Below, one piece after another: positions 30,424 through 40,357 of a DNA stretch of 64,000 nt (position 1 is the stretch's first letter; every line of letters begins with the position of its first letter). The notes under the pieces are model-generated. The model saw only the letters and a list, made by a program, of their open reading frames with translations, was not told the DNA's origin and did not search any database. The DNA is from Promethearchaeota archaeon (GTDB lineage Archaea > Asgardarchaeota > Lokiarchaeia > Sigyniarchaeales > SOKP01). The stretch spans positions 8,740 through 72,739 of the forward strand of contig JAFGGO010000085.1 in NCBI GenBank assembly GCA_016930515.1, read 5' to 3'. Position numbers and translations under genes: made by a program.

Positions 30424-31470
30424 TTATCTTGCCTTGATACCCTTGGAAAGTTCTAGCTTTCTCTTTTTTCGCTTGATCATTTCCGTAAAGCTTTCGATTC
30501 TCGTGAGCAATCCCGCCTCTCCCGAGTGTTCGTCCATGATGATGTCAAGGAACGGTAATCCAACTACTTTCATGTCTCTCATGATAAGCTCGGAAATGAT
30601 GCTGTCCGGACCGCACGCAAAACTAATGAGAAAAATTACGCCGTCGATCTCGTCCCGACCTTCGATTAGAAAATATCTGATAGCTTGCATGATCTCCTCT
30701 TCGTGTCGCCAATAGTTCCTGAGTTTATTATTCACGATGACTGGGATCTTGAACAGCTTTTCAGGTAGATTTTCGAGCGTGATGACCTCAACTCCTTGGT
30801 CTTCAAGCTTTTTTTGGAAATCGAGGTTGATATATGTATCAAACACATTATAACTATGTCCTAATAATAAAAATCTGATATCGCTCTTTTTTGTTCTTTT
30901 TGGAAGCGTAAAGGGTCTATCTCGTACAACGAGCCGCAGGGCGTGTATGACTGAAGCACCTTTTCTCAAGAATTTGTGGTATTCTTCGAAATAACTTTTT
31001 GCCGCAGCGTACGCCTCCAAGGATGTCGTCTGGCTTTTGCCTAATTGCTTACCAAGTTCGATAACCGAGGTTGATAACGGAAATTCTTTCACGTTCACTT
31101 CGAAATTTAAAAGTTTTGGACAATCGGGAAGAATTTTTATGATGTCTGGTAGTGACAAGAATTTCGGACAGAAATAAGTATCTTTTACTTCGCTTACATA
31201 GCGTGGAACGAATATATAATCGAGGTCGGGATGCTCTCGAATGAGCTGAAACACGTGTCCGTAGTAAATCTTGATGGGAATGCAAAGCTCTCCGAATCCA
31301 TGTCTGACGCCTTCCTCTACGATTTTCTTATTCGTGGGCGTGGTAAGTACGATTTCGACATTGAGTTTCTCCAAAAGCCTTTTCCAAAACGGGAAATAGC
31401 GGAAGTAATGTAGTGCTCTTGGGATGCCCACTTTTGGTTTTGGCAGCTGATTTTTTTCGAACAGTTCCAG
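30424..31470 (-). CDS. DUF2229 (CoA-enzyme activase-associated / 2-hydroxyacyl-CoA dehydratase-like) protein
   Basis: VGIPRAL, C.PIK...GH, CPKF, GH.YN..D, FACGPD; possible CTG start at 31470 after GAGGAG (track start GTG 31431). Confidence 0.85.
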   Translation of the reverse strand: MELFEKNQLPKPKVGIPRALHYFRYFPFWKRLLEKLNVEIVLTTPTNKKIVEEGVRHGFGELCIPIKIYYGHVFQLIREHPDLDYIFVPRYVSEVKDTYFCPKFLSLPDIIKILPDCPKLLNFEVNVKEFPLSTSVIELGKQLGKSQTTSLEAYAAAKSYFEEYHKFLRKGASVIHALRLVVRDRPFTLPKRTKKSDIRFLLLGHSYNVFDTYINLDFQKKLEDQGVEVITLENLPEKLFKIPVIVNNKLRNYWRHEEEIMQAIRYFLIEGRDEIDGVIFLISFACGPDSIISELIMRDMKVVGLPFLDIIMDEHSGEAGLLTRIESFTEMIKRKKRKLELSKGIKAR

Positions 31471-31543
31471 TGCGAGTTCTCCTCGTGTGTATTAATATTT
31501 TCTTGGAAATTAAAGTAATATTAAAATGAGTAATAAATAAAGT

Positions 31544-33238
31544 TTAAATTTTGGGGTCGTCATAGACTAAAAGCTCCTTGATTCGTTCCATCAAGGAATC
31601 GGTGAGCCTCTTTAGCTCGTCGTAATCGGGTATGGGCTTGTCAAAATATTCAAAATGTTCTGTAAAAGGAGGTCCCATCTTGAACACGCTCATTTTTCCG
31701 AATGTTAACATTTTAGCGTTTTTTGGGAATGTGTTTTCCGTGCCCGTGATGCCTACCGGAATAATAGGTACCTTTGTCTCGATCGCTAAGCGCATTGCTC
31801 CCGTGTGCCCTTCTAAAACTTCGGGACCTCCAACTGTCGTTCCTTCTGGATAAACCATGACGAGTTCGCCCTCCTTCAATCGTTCTCGAGCGAACCAATA
31901 GGATCCTTCGTCGTGTTCTCCCCTCATGAGGGGAAACGCTAAGTGGGTTCTGATCCAGGCGTTTACTATGGGCATTTGGAATAAAGATTCTTTAGCCATC
32001 TGGTATAACCTTCTCCCCTCTTGTTGACAAGCTACTGCGTTAATGATAACATCCCATTCGGAATTGTGGTTCGAGCACAAGACGGCAGCGCCAGTTTTTG
32101 GGAGGTATTTATCGTAATCAATTCTTTCATAGGGCATGAACGAGTCGCACATGACTCTCTGGATGAAATTACCGTTAAATTGCCAGCTAAGAAGCTCGAA
32201 TTGCCTCCTTATACCAAACACATCGGCCGTTTTTATCAGAGACATCCAAGTGTCGTCAATTAATTGAAGATAGCTCTTCCAGTAATGTTTAGCAATTTGC
32301 ATGAAGCCAGTTTTTGTCTCCTCGGCATCAAGTGGTGAGCCAATAGAAAGACCCTTTTGTTGTTTTTTAGCTTTTTTGGCGTATTCTGAAACAGAATAAG
32401 CATACTCGTGCTTACCTTCTAGCAAGTCAATAACCTCTTGTCGCAGCTCATCGGATAACTTTCGTATCATGTCGTAGGTAATTTCGTCTGGATCGCATTG
32501 GTTATAAAAGATGGGTTTGCCAACTCGGACGGTGACTTTCGCTGGTTTTACCCAAATGCTTCCCTTTGGAAGGACTTTTCTCGAACCAATCACTGCTGCG
32601 GGTACGATAGGCACACCACATTCTATAGCCAACCTTACCGCACCCGTCTTGAATTGACCGATGGTTCCATCCACATTTCGTGTTGCTTCGGGAAAAACTC
32701 CGATCCATTGACCACTTTCGAGAATTTTTTTTGATTTTTCCCAGGTTTCTTCCAAGTTATCCTTATTATGCTCGTAAGCGCCTAAATTAGTAAATAAGGT
32801 CTTTACAAGTGGTGTGCGGAAGTTATCTCGCTTGCTCATCCACTGGATTCGGATGTTTTCGGTCGCAGAGCCAACGAAAAAAGGATCGAAGTGACTTTCG
32901 TGATTAGAGATTAAAATCCCTCCCTTTCCAGCGTTATTTCCGTATTGTGGAAAGATATGACCTTCAACATTTTGTACATCAATTCTCCAAATAAATCTCG
33001 TTGCGGCGTGTATGTATATGTTAGCACCCCACCATTGGAGTTCCTTTTCTTGCTCGTCAAAATTAAGGAGGTTAATAAGATTTCTATAAAGCTTGTTTAA
33101 AGGATCAATTGGGTTATACTTGAGAACCTGGTTCACGATTTCGTTCGTGGGCTTCTCGAAATGTAGTTCATCGTCGGCACGGGGCTTTTCTTCCTGTTCC
33201 CATTGCAAGAGGCTCTTGCTTTTTTTTGTTTCTTCCAT
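31544..33238 (-). CDS. Tandem (two-domain) PlsC/LPLAT glycerolipid acyltransferase
   Basis: Two NHxxxxD motifs (NHESHFD, NHNSEWD) with FPEATR and YPEGT. Confidence 0.9.
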   Translation of the reverse strand: MEETKKSKSLLQWEQEEKPRADDELHFEKPTNEIVNQVLKYNPIDPLNKLYRNLINLLNFDEQEKELQWWGANIYIHAATRFIWRIDVQNVEGHIFPQYGNNAGKGGILISNHESHFDPFFVGSATENIRIQWMSKRDNFRTPLVKTLFTNLGAYEHNKDNLEETWEKSKKILESGQWIGVFPEATRNVDGTIGQFKTGAVRLAIECGVPIVPAAVIGSRKVLPKGSIWVKPAKVTVRVGKPIFYNQCDPDEITYDMIRKLSDELRQEVIDLLEGKHEYAYSVSEYAKKAKKQQKGLSIGSPLDAEETKTGFMQIAKHYWKSYLQLIDDTWMSLIKTADVFGIRRQFELLSWQFNGNFIQRVMCDSFMPYERIDYDKYLPKTGAAVLCSNHNSEWDVIINAVACQQEGRRLYQMAKESLFQMPIVNAWIRTHLAFPLMRGEHDEGSYWFARERLKEGELVMVYPEGTTVGGPEVLEGHTGAMRLAIETKVPIIPVGITGTENTFPKNAKMLTFGKMSVFKMGPPFTEHFEYFDKPIPDYDELKRLTDSLMERIKELLVYDDPKI

Positions 33239-33468
33239 TTTTTCTCCCTTCTCGAGTTTATTAAAAATATGGAAAAATATTAATAAAAACTAGTTTAATT
33301 GTATAAACATTTGTTTGATAGAAGTAGTAGTACGCTAATGAATTTAAATTTTTACACCATAGTTCTATAGTGGATTAAAGAAGGAAGAAAAGCAGGATTA
33401 TTAAAGAATTTAACAAAAAAATCCATAAGTATAGCATCGCTCTTATCTATAGGATCTATAACTGATGT

Positions 33469-34647
33469 CTACAATTTTATTGCGTAAAGCGGAAGTAAGG
33501 AAAAAAGTTCAAGCACGCCCGCCAAGAGCACGATAAACTCTCCTGAAATAGAATTAAATAAAAAAAGTCCTAAGGGTGCTAGAACGATCTTGGATAAAAT
33601 AGTCGCCGAAGCCATTACTTGGAACAAAAGAACTTTACCTTCGGAAAGTTCCATCATCATTGCAAGCAAGGCTATCAAAAAAAATCCAGAGGTAAGTTGA
33701 ATAATAGAAATGAGAACGAAAAACAAAATAATCCCTGTAAGTGGGGCAATTGTTGTTAATGCACCGCTTAATAAAACGGTAAAAAGTAATAATTTTTTTT
33801 TATCGAATCTTTTAGCATACTTGCCAGCAAAAACGAGACTGATCGCATCGAGAATGATGAATATTATCATGATAGTTGGAAATAAACCCTTAGGTTCAGT
33901 GGATATGCTTGCAAGCTTTTCAATCGCCCAAGGTTCTAAGACCCACTCGTAAATATTAATTCCGTAAACCAAAAAGAGGAAGAAGCACATTTTTGCAATG
34001 ATTCCATGATTGGGTTTTACTTGCTCTCGAGTGATAGATTCTGGGGTAATATTTTGCGTGATACCCGTATCTTTCAAAATAAAAAAGACAGGAACGATGC
34101 AAACTAGTGAAAGGGTTCCAACAACGAATAAAGTATTCCATGAGGTTAAATTTGTAGGTCTTACAATGAAGAAATAGATGTTTGAAACGATGGCTCCGAT
34201 CATTCCTCCTAATTGCATGAAGAACGCATTTTTTTTTCTAATATTATCGGTATTTGATCTTTGTATGATAATTTTATCAATGATTACATCCATAAAAGCA
34301 ATAAATAAAAAATTTAATCCGAGAAAAACGCTAAATACGATCAGGAAACTCAAGTTGAAAATAAATAATGCAAATGTTATTACGGTTCCAACACCAGCAA
34401 TGATAAGAACTTTTTTCTGAGTTGAAAAATGCGTTTCTTTTCCTTCCTTGTTAAGGTAAATGGAAAAAAGCGGTTTAGCAAGCATGAAAGAATAAGAGGT
34501 GTATAAGACCAGTCCAAGGTCGAGACCACTAATGGAAAAGATCTCGTTGAAGTAAATGGGTAAAAAAGCGTTTATGTAAATGTAAATCATTTGAGCTAAA
34601 AAATATGCTGCAAAAAACACTAATTGATTTTGATTATGTATTCTCAT
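33469..34647 (-). CDS. MFS transporter (AmpG-like)
   Basis: About 12 TM, KPLFS, MDV..D motif, two-fold architecture. Confidence 0.75.
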   Translation of the reverse strand: MRIHNQNQLVFFAAYFLAQMIYIYINAFLPIYFNEIFSISGLDLGLVLYTSYSFMLAKPLFSIYLNKEGKETHFSTQKKVLIIAGVGTVITFALFIFNLSFLIVFSVFLGLNFLFIAFMDVIIDKIIIQRSNTDNIRKKNAFFMQLGGMIGAIVSNIYFFIVRPTNLTSWNTLFVVGTLSLVCIVPVFFILKDTGITQNITPESITREQVKPNHGIIAKMCFFLFLVYGINIYEWVLEPWAIEKLASISTEPKGLFPTIMIIFIILDAISLVFAGKYAKRFDKKKLLLFTVLLSGALTTIAPLTGIILFFVLISIIQLTSGFFLIALLAMMMELSEGKVLLFQVMASATILSKIVLAPLGLFLFNSISGEFIVLLAGVLELFSLLPLYAIKL

Positions 34648-34763
34648 CCTAAATCTCGTATTATTTTTAGTATTGCATTAACGACTTAATTATTATTGAT
34701 TTTGTTTTATATAAATAAAAAAGTTTATCCGTAAATGAAGAAGAACAATAAAAGCATTTTTTT

Positions 34764-35243
34764 TTAGAAATTCAGTGGGGATAAGAATATGGATAAAGCA
34801 ATAAAAGCCATTGTCGTTCCCAAAATAACGCAGAAAAAATTTGCCATCAGATCGTCGTAGGGAATTCTGGCTATTCGCACTCGTTTATTTGGGAAGACGG
34901 GTACTCCCGAGCAATTTAACGCGTCCAAGAAAATGTGCCCTAAAAAGATAAGATAAACAGAAATGAAAACAAAAAAACCTAAAGAAGGAGTTACTATCGA
35001 AAATGGTGATCCGATCATTATAGCAATAAATAATAGAAGGGGTGAAAATGGCGAATGGGTCAGAAACCTTCGTTCGTGCTTGAAATATATTTCATGATCG
35101 AGCCAATCGTTAGCTTTTCCGGCAAAGTATAACACTGCTAAAATTAACAATAAAAAAAACCCTAGCGGGTGGAATATGTTATATGTGACGGTTAAAAGGG
35201 ATCCGAAACCTAACGAGAATGCAATATGGGCGTATTGCTTCAT
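34764..35243 (-). CDS. Membrane metal-dependent hydrolase (YdjM/DUF457-like)
   Basis: AH, DWLDH, RRFLTHS, GHIFLDALN.SGVP. Confidence 0.8.
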   Translation of the reverse strand: MKQYAHIAFSLGFGSLLTVTYNIFHPLGFFLLLILAVLYFAGKANDWLDHEIYFKHERRFLTHSPFSPLLLFIAIMIGSPFSIVTPSLGFFVFISVYLIFLGHIFLDALNCSGVPVFPNKRVRIARIPYDDLMANFFCVILGTTMAFIALSIFLSPLNF

Positions 35244-35246
35244 GAT

Positions 35247-35585
35247 TCAAATGGCTCCTAACCTTTCCTCGATTCTTTTTAATCGAACACTCGCCTGTTT
35301 TAGAAGATCGTCTTTTTCCCTTAATTCGCTCATTAGCTGTTCCATTTTCTCACTTTTTTCAGTTGCATTTTTTGGGTTATATTTTACAACCTCGTTCAAA
35401 TAGAACGGAAAAAGGTCGCATAATTCTTTATATAAGCTTGCAAGGACTTCGATCGCTTGTTTTTTGGCTCTCCTAACTTCGATGTTTCCAGAATTGAGCT
35501 GATTTAAAGCATTCATCAATTTCGCAATGTATTCCTCCTTAAAGACCGTTTTTTCTAGAATTTCTTTAAATAATTCGTCGTTCAA
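35247..35585 (-). CDS. Hypothetical coiled-coil protein
   Basis: 112 aa helical, charged ORF tightly packed in the operon. Confidence 0.7.
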   Translation of the reverse strand: MNDELFKEILEKTVFKEEYIAKLMNALNQLNSGNIEVRRAKKQAIEVLASLYKELCDLFPFYLNEVVKYNPKNATEKSEKMEQLMSELREKDDLLKQASVRLKRIEERLGAI

Positions 35586-35598
35586 ATCATATTCCTCC

Positions 35599-38500
35599 TT
35601 AACTAGTGCTCTTGTTTTTTTCTATAATAACTTGTAAATAACTATGTAATTCTTTAATATTATCGTAAATTAAAATAACATCATCACTATTTGGGTCCTC
35701 CTTAGTTTCAATTAAGCGACATTTGTTCAATATATCAATCGCTAAAAGCGCCCAATCAATGTTTAAAATTACTCCTAGATACTCAAATAACGATTCCAAA
35801 GCTTTATTGTTGAAATCCTTTTCTTTATCACCTTGTGCAATATTAGTCATGAAATTAAGAATTGCTTTTTTTTCTTGCTCAAGAGCATCTTTATAATTTC
35901 TAGTATTTATTGAACGATAGATCGTAAAAATATCTTGCAAGAACAAAGATATTGAATTCTTAGCCCGGTTCATGTAAATATTGCGTTTTTCTCTTTTTTC
36001 ATGATTTTGATCGCGTTCTCGTGGATAAATAATCTCAGGTTCTCTATCCTTAGATTCAAACGATATAACCTCTGGGATTTCTAACAAGGCCGATTCTTTC
36101 GCTTCAAAATAATCCTTCAACGCTCTTTCGAATTTTTCTCCAACAGAATAGGAAGAACGTAAAGATTCTGCTCCACTAGCCTCTAAAGGATGTTGTTCTA
36201 CTAAATAATCGTGCTGAACTAATATTGAAAACAAATCGTCCCTAATCTTGTTTATTTTGTGCTTAAATTTTCTTTTTTTGACAATTTTTGACGCTTTATT
36301 ATATATATACTTCATGAGTTCTTCCTTAACTCTTCTTTCACTTAAATTTCCTACCTTATGAATAGTTTTCAGTCCATTGAGAAATTTAACGATGTCTTCA
36401 ACGAAGCCTGAATAAATTTCAAAATCTTTCTCAAACAATGTTTTATTGGCTTGTCGAGCAATTTCCTTTTCTGCAAATTCCATATCGTATCCTTGATTCT
36501 TCATGAAAGCAACAATCTCTTTTTGGCTTGGGACTCGCAGGTCTTTTAATTCATCGAGATCTAGCTGAACTGGAAAAGGTTGATCAATATCTGAACGCTT
36601 CACAACTATTTCTGCGGGTGTCATCGTAGATAAGTAGTTAATCTGGAAAGTTTCGTTCCTGCTGGAACTGTAAATACCAGATCCATGAAGCTTCCTGAAA
36701 TTCATTGAATATCCAATATAAGAAGCGTCGCACTTATTAAATATTCGAAAGGTTGCTAAATTCTTGAAAAACGAAAATGCGTGTTCGTGTAAATATCTGG
36801 CTTTATTAGCCGAAGCAATCACACCAAAACCAAGGTTAAAAAGACTTCCTAAAAATTTATCAATTTTGCCATAATTACCCATTTTATTCAAGTATGATTC
36901 TTCAAAAAAAGCATCGATGTGAGGGATGACGAGGATCTTTTCTCGCACGCTTTGTCCAACTGAACTCAAGATATCGGAGTGACGTGAAATGTGAATTATT
37001 TTCGCTGCTATTAAAAAAGAAGCAAAAACTTTTCTTCTTATATCGTTCAAAATCGATAAATCAATAATAATCGTAGAATCGTCGTTAATGAAATCTAAGG
37101 TAGTGATTGCACTTGTACCTTGCTCCGAACTTACAAAAAAAGCCATTTCTTGACCTGTAAGATCTTCAAACAATGTCCTCAAGGAATCGGTTGCTGGATT
37201 AGTGTTCCATTCGGGATTAGTTTCAATATCTAATTTTATCGAATTTATGTCAAAATCTTTTTCGAGTTTTGAAATGGATCTTTTAAAAGCCTCCATGATT
37301 CGTTCGTCCTTACGGAAGGATATTGAGTATGCATCAGCAACAAAATCCAAGTACGAAGGATTTTCTGTATCGTACGGTAAGTCAGATCTTATCAAATCGA
37401 TGGTGTAGGATTTTCCAAGCTTGAAAAAAGCCAGATTTTCCTCGTATCTCGAGTTCTTGAAATGCTTTAGCAATTTAGACCATTCTCCGGTGTGATCGAA
37501 GACGATACACGGCACGCTATTTTTAACGAGCTGAATTACGGTTTTCATCATTGCTTTTTCTTTCATGCCGTCAAACCCATTCAGAAATAATAAGTTTTGT
37601 ACTTGTTCGAATGTAAATCCGGCTTGAACTTCAGATTCCAAGACTTCGGTGTTAATGGTATTTCCCAAAACAACGAAATTTTCGAGATATAAAGGCGTGT
37701 TAAACTCGGAAGCAATTTTGACTTCGAGACCCTTTTTGAGTTGTGGAAACAGATCAATGAGGTTTGTTAATGTTTTACCCTGTTGTAATAAATAAACCAG
37801 GTTTGAGCCATTCGTGCGGAAAAACTTATTTTTTAAGAGAGTTAACAAGCATGCAGATAATAGGGTTTCATGCTGGGTAAGAGTTATTCTATAATTTGGC
37901 AAGCTAGTTTGATATGAATTAATAAGCTCTCTCGCAACTTCGCTTAAAGATACTTCTAATTCAAGAGCGTTTCTCACGTTCATCTCCGTTACGTGCTTAT
38001 ATTCGCTCGTTGATAAAGTAAAAATGCACCTCCAAATCCCTCCTCTCATGTTCATGAATGTTTCTCGTTCCATCAATGTTCTTAACGAATTTAAGCTTGT
38101 TTGGGTTTTTTGGTTTAATAATTTCCGTGCCTCGCTTTCGAAGCTCTGAAATAGCATTGGAGCAACCGTTCCTGTATATGTGAAAGGAATCCTTAAGGGA
38201 ATGATCGATTGAAAAAAACTATCTGGACGCGCTAAGGGTCTATTCTGGAACCCAAAAAAAGGGGGATTGGCGCGAGCCATATTAAAGAATTTCGTCCCAA
38301 TGAGGAGTTTTTTGTTCACCAAAGAATAAAGAGTGCTGGGCGTTCCCGATAACCAATAAAAAAACACATCTTGAAAGGGATTTATGATAGTCATGGAACT
38401 ATCTTGAAAATTTGAAAGCATAACTTTGAAAAAAATCGACTTCCAAAATAAAATGATATGAATAAATGCTACTAACGCCCCCGTTGCGATAGATAAATGA

Positions 38501-39462
38501 AATCCCGCTCCAATCTTCCACATGAACAAGGTTAGAACTGTAAAAACTAAAATTAAATACGTGATTTTCGAGCTATATTCTACTATCAAGCGTCCATAGT
38601 CTTGTTTCACATCTTTCGCTGGTGGAACATCAGTTCCTAAGAAGAATGTCCTAAGGGCGTTTATCAGCTCGAGACCTTTCAATTCGATAATTCTGAAATG
38701 ATGGAAATTCGCTTTAAATCCCGATTTAGCCGTTGAGATGTATTCATCTAATGTATTCATTAAATATCTTAACTTGCGAGCGTTTAACATGCCTTTAAAA
38801 TCGTAATAAAAACAGAAATAAATTGAAGTTTTCATTGAAGAAATTGAGCTTGATATCGAAGTATTCTTTGAGGTCGTTGCATTTACCACTGGAAAATTAA
38901 TCAGTGGTGCTTGAATTACTTGATAAGTAAAAGGCACATTTTGGGAATTGAGATATTTAAAAAAGCTGTTCATGTTGGGATTCACATTTTCTGGTACAAT
39001 GGAAATCTTAAATATTTTTAATCCAACGGAAATCAAGTCCTTGTGATTACTATAGAAGACCACATCAGATCGAGTTTTTAGTTGCCAAAATCTGAAGTTT
39101 TTAAAAGGATTAAGTTTGGTAACGCTGCGTAATCTGAAGGTTGAAAAAAAGGCAAGCTTGAATATTTCGTCTTTAAAAGCGATTAAAAACAATATCAGAC
39201 TAAACGAAACAAGTACTAATGTTAGTAATAAATCGTTAAATTCAAGCCAGATATAAACGCTTAAAAGCGCTAATACTGCGATCACTAATCCACTTTTTAT
39301 ATAAATTATTCTAAGATTCGAATCCTTAAAACAGGGACTAGTTTTCCAAATGTTATAAAAATTGGTTGGTTCTTCTACTACGCTCTCGTCCTTGAACTTT
39401 TTTCTTAAAACATCGTTAGAACCAAGGGTTTCGTGACCTCTCCCAAGAATTCTATAACTCAA
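35599..39462 (-). CDS. Large membrane HerA/VirB4(FtsK)-like protein with degenerate ATPase motifs
   Basis: Duplicated 2TM+soluble N-module; HerA-like VVLG...G....NLLFLNG, CIVFDHTGEW, IIIDLS and IVVKRS...PFPVQ; TTG 39462 overlaps the upstream stop after a GAAGGAGG SD. Confidence 0.7.
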   Translation of the reverse strand: MSYRILGRGHETLGSNDVLRKKFKDESVVEEPTNFYNIWKTSPCFKDSNLRIIYIKSGLVIAVLALLSVYIWLEFNDLLLTLVLVSFSLILFLIAFKDEIFKLAFFSTFRLRSVTKLNPFKNFRFWQLKTRSDVVFYSNHKDLISVGLKIFKISIVPENVNPNMNSFFKYLNSQNVPFTYQVIQAPLINFPVVNATTSKNTSISSSISSMKTSIYFCFYYDFKGMLNARKLRYLMNTLDEYISTAKSGFKANFHHFRIIELKGLELINALRTFFLGTDVPPAKDVKQDYGRLIVEYSSKITYLILVFTVLTLFMWKIGAGFHLSIATGALVAFIHIILFWKSIFFKVMLSNFQDSSMTIINPFQDVFFYWLSGTPSTLYSLVNKKLLIGTKFFNMARANPPFFGFQNRPLARPDSFFQSIIPLRIPFTYTGTVAPMLFQSFESEARKLLNQKTQTSLNSLRTLMERETFMNMRGGIWRCIFTLSTSEYKHVTEMNVRNALELEVSLSEVARELINSYQTSLPNYRITLTQHETLLSACLLTLLKNKFFRTNGSNLVYLLQQGKTLTNLIDLFPQLKKGLEVKIASEFNTPLYLENFVVLGNTINTEVLESEVQAGFTFEQVQNLLFLNGFDGMKEKAMMKTVIQLVKNSVPCIVFDHTGEWSKLLKHFKNSRYEENLAFFKLGKSYTIDLIRSDLPYDTENPSYLDFVADAYSISFRKDERIMEAFKRSISKLEKDFDINSIKLDIETNPEWNTNPATDSLRTLFEDLTGQEMAFFVSSEQGTSAITTLDFINDDSTIIIDLSILNDIRRKVFASFLIAAKIIHISRHSDILSSVGQSVREKILVIPHIDAFFEESYLNKMGNYGKIDKFLGSLFNLGFGVIASANKARYLHEHAFSFFKNLATFRIFNKCDASYIGYSMNFRKLHGSGIYSSSRNETFQINYLSTMTPAEIVVKRSDIDQPFPVQLDLDELKDLRVPSQKEIVAFMKNQGYDMEFAEKEIARQANKTLFEKDFEIYSGFVEDIVKFLNGLKTIHKVGNLSERRVKEELMKYIYNKASKIVKKRKFKHKINKIRDDLFSILVQHDYLVEQHPLEASGAESLRSSYSVGEKFERALKDYFEAKESALLEIPEVISFESKDREPEIIYPRERDQNHEKREKRNIYMNRAKNSISLFLQDIFTIYRSINTRNYKDALEQEKKAILNFMTNIAQGDKEKDFNNKALESLFEYLGVILNIDWALLAIDILNKCRLIETKEDPNSDDVILIYDNIKELHSYLQVIIEKNKSTS

Positions 39463-40355
39463 GAGTGTCCCTCCTTCAGATAAATAAACCAATAGATTGC
39501 CAAAGTGAATAATATTAGTACAAAAAATAACAAGCTCATTCCATAACACGCTTCGCTAATTTCGGGATGTAAGATGTTTTGAATCAATAATAGGATGAAA
39601 AACAAAATCGATGCGATTGAAGTCCCTAAGAGAAAATAACCCGGTATTTCTTGGGTACTTCTCTTGTAAAAGATATTTGAAGATATATTTCCTGCGCATT
39701 TAATTTTATTGTTATTGTTGTTTTTAAGATTTTCTTCACATGATTTAAGTTGGTACAACTCTTCGAATTGGTTTTTATCATAACGCTTGTTCAATGAATT
39801 TTCCAGGTTTGCTTGTTTTTGTTTAATTTCCCTCAAGAGGAGATTTTTGACTATGTCCGTCCGTTCTTTTTTAAACGAGAAAATAGAATTCCTATTCTGA
39901 GGGAGGGTTAATGAGTTGAATATGAGCATATTATCTGATTTATTTTTTTGAAAAGACTCACTTTTTACATGTGAAAAATTTGGCGCTTCTATTTTCCGTA
40001 AATCGTAATAAAGGCCGATAAGTTCTGGAATATTTTTAATCGGTATCGACTGACCAGCTTTTTCGAATACTTTCTCGAGTTTTTTTGTTTTTTCTATCAT
40101 GTCTGTTTTGAATATACCCTTTCCAAGCTTCTTTTCGATCGAGTCATTAATCATTTCCATGCAAATCCACGCATTTTTCCCTTGCTCTTCGATGATTTGG
40201 GAAAATCCCATTCTAATTCCCGTTTCTCTAACATGATTTATTATCAAATTAATAAAAACAATCGATAATTTCTTATTGTTATTTGTTTCTAAACATAATT
40301 GTACCAAGTGTCTCAATTTGGCGTCTAATACTCCGTATTTAGGTGTCAGGCTCAT
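39459..40355 (-). CDS. Hypothetical protein with two C-terminal TM helices
   Basis: 298 aa, translationally coupled in the operon. Confidence 0.75.
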   Translation of the reverse strand: MSLTPKYGVLDAKLRHLVQLCLETNNNKKLSIVFINLIINHVRETGIRMGFSQIIEEQGKNAWICMEMINDSIEKKLGKGIFKTDMIEKTKKLEKVFEKAGQSIPIKNIPELIGLYYDLRKIEAPNFSHVKSESFQKNKSDNMLIFNSLTLPQNRNSIFSFKKERTDIVKNLLLREIKQKQANLENSLNKRYDKNQFEELYQLKSCEENLKNNNNNKIKCAGNISSNIFYKRSTQEIPGYFLLGTSIASILFFILLLIQNILHPEISEACYGMSLLFFVLILFTLAIYWFIYLKEGHS

Positions 40356-40357
40356 TA

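Noticed and set aside
34708-34722. T6-A-TTTATATA upstream of the MFS gene as a regulon member
   Set aside because: Lacks the conserved C and coincides with the expected terminator of the upstream operon
39463-39549. N-terminal extension of the 1316-aa ORF
   Set aside because: Overlaps the upstream gene; the SD and TTG/TGA coupling at 39462 give a better start
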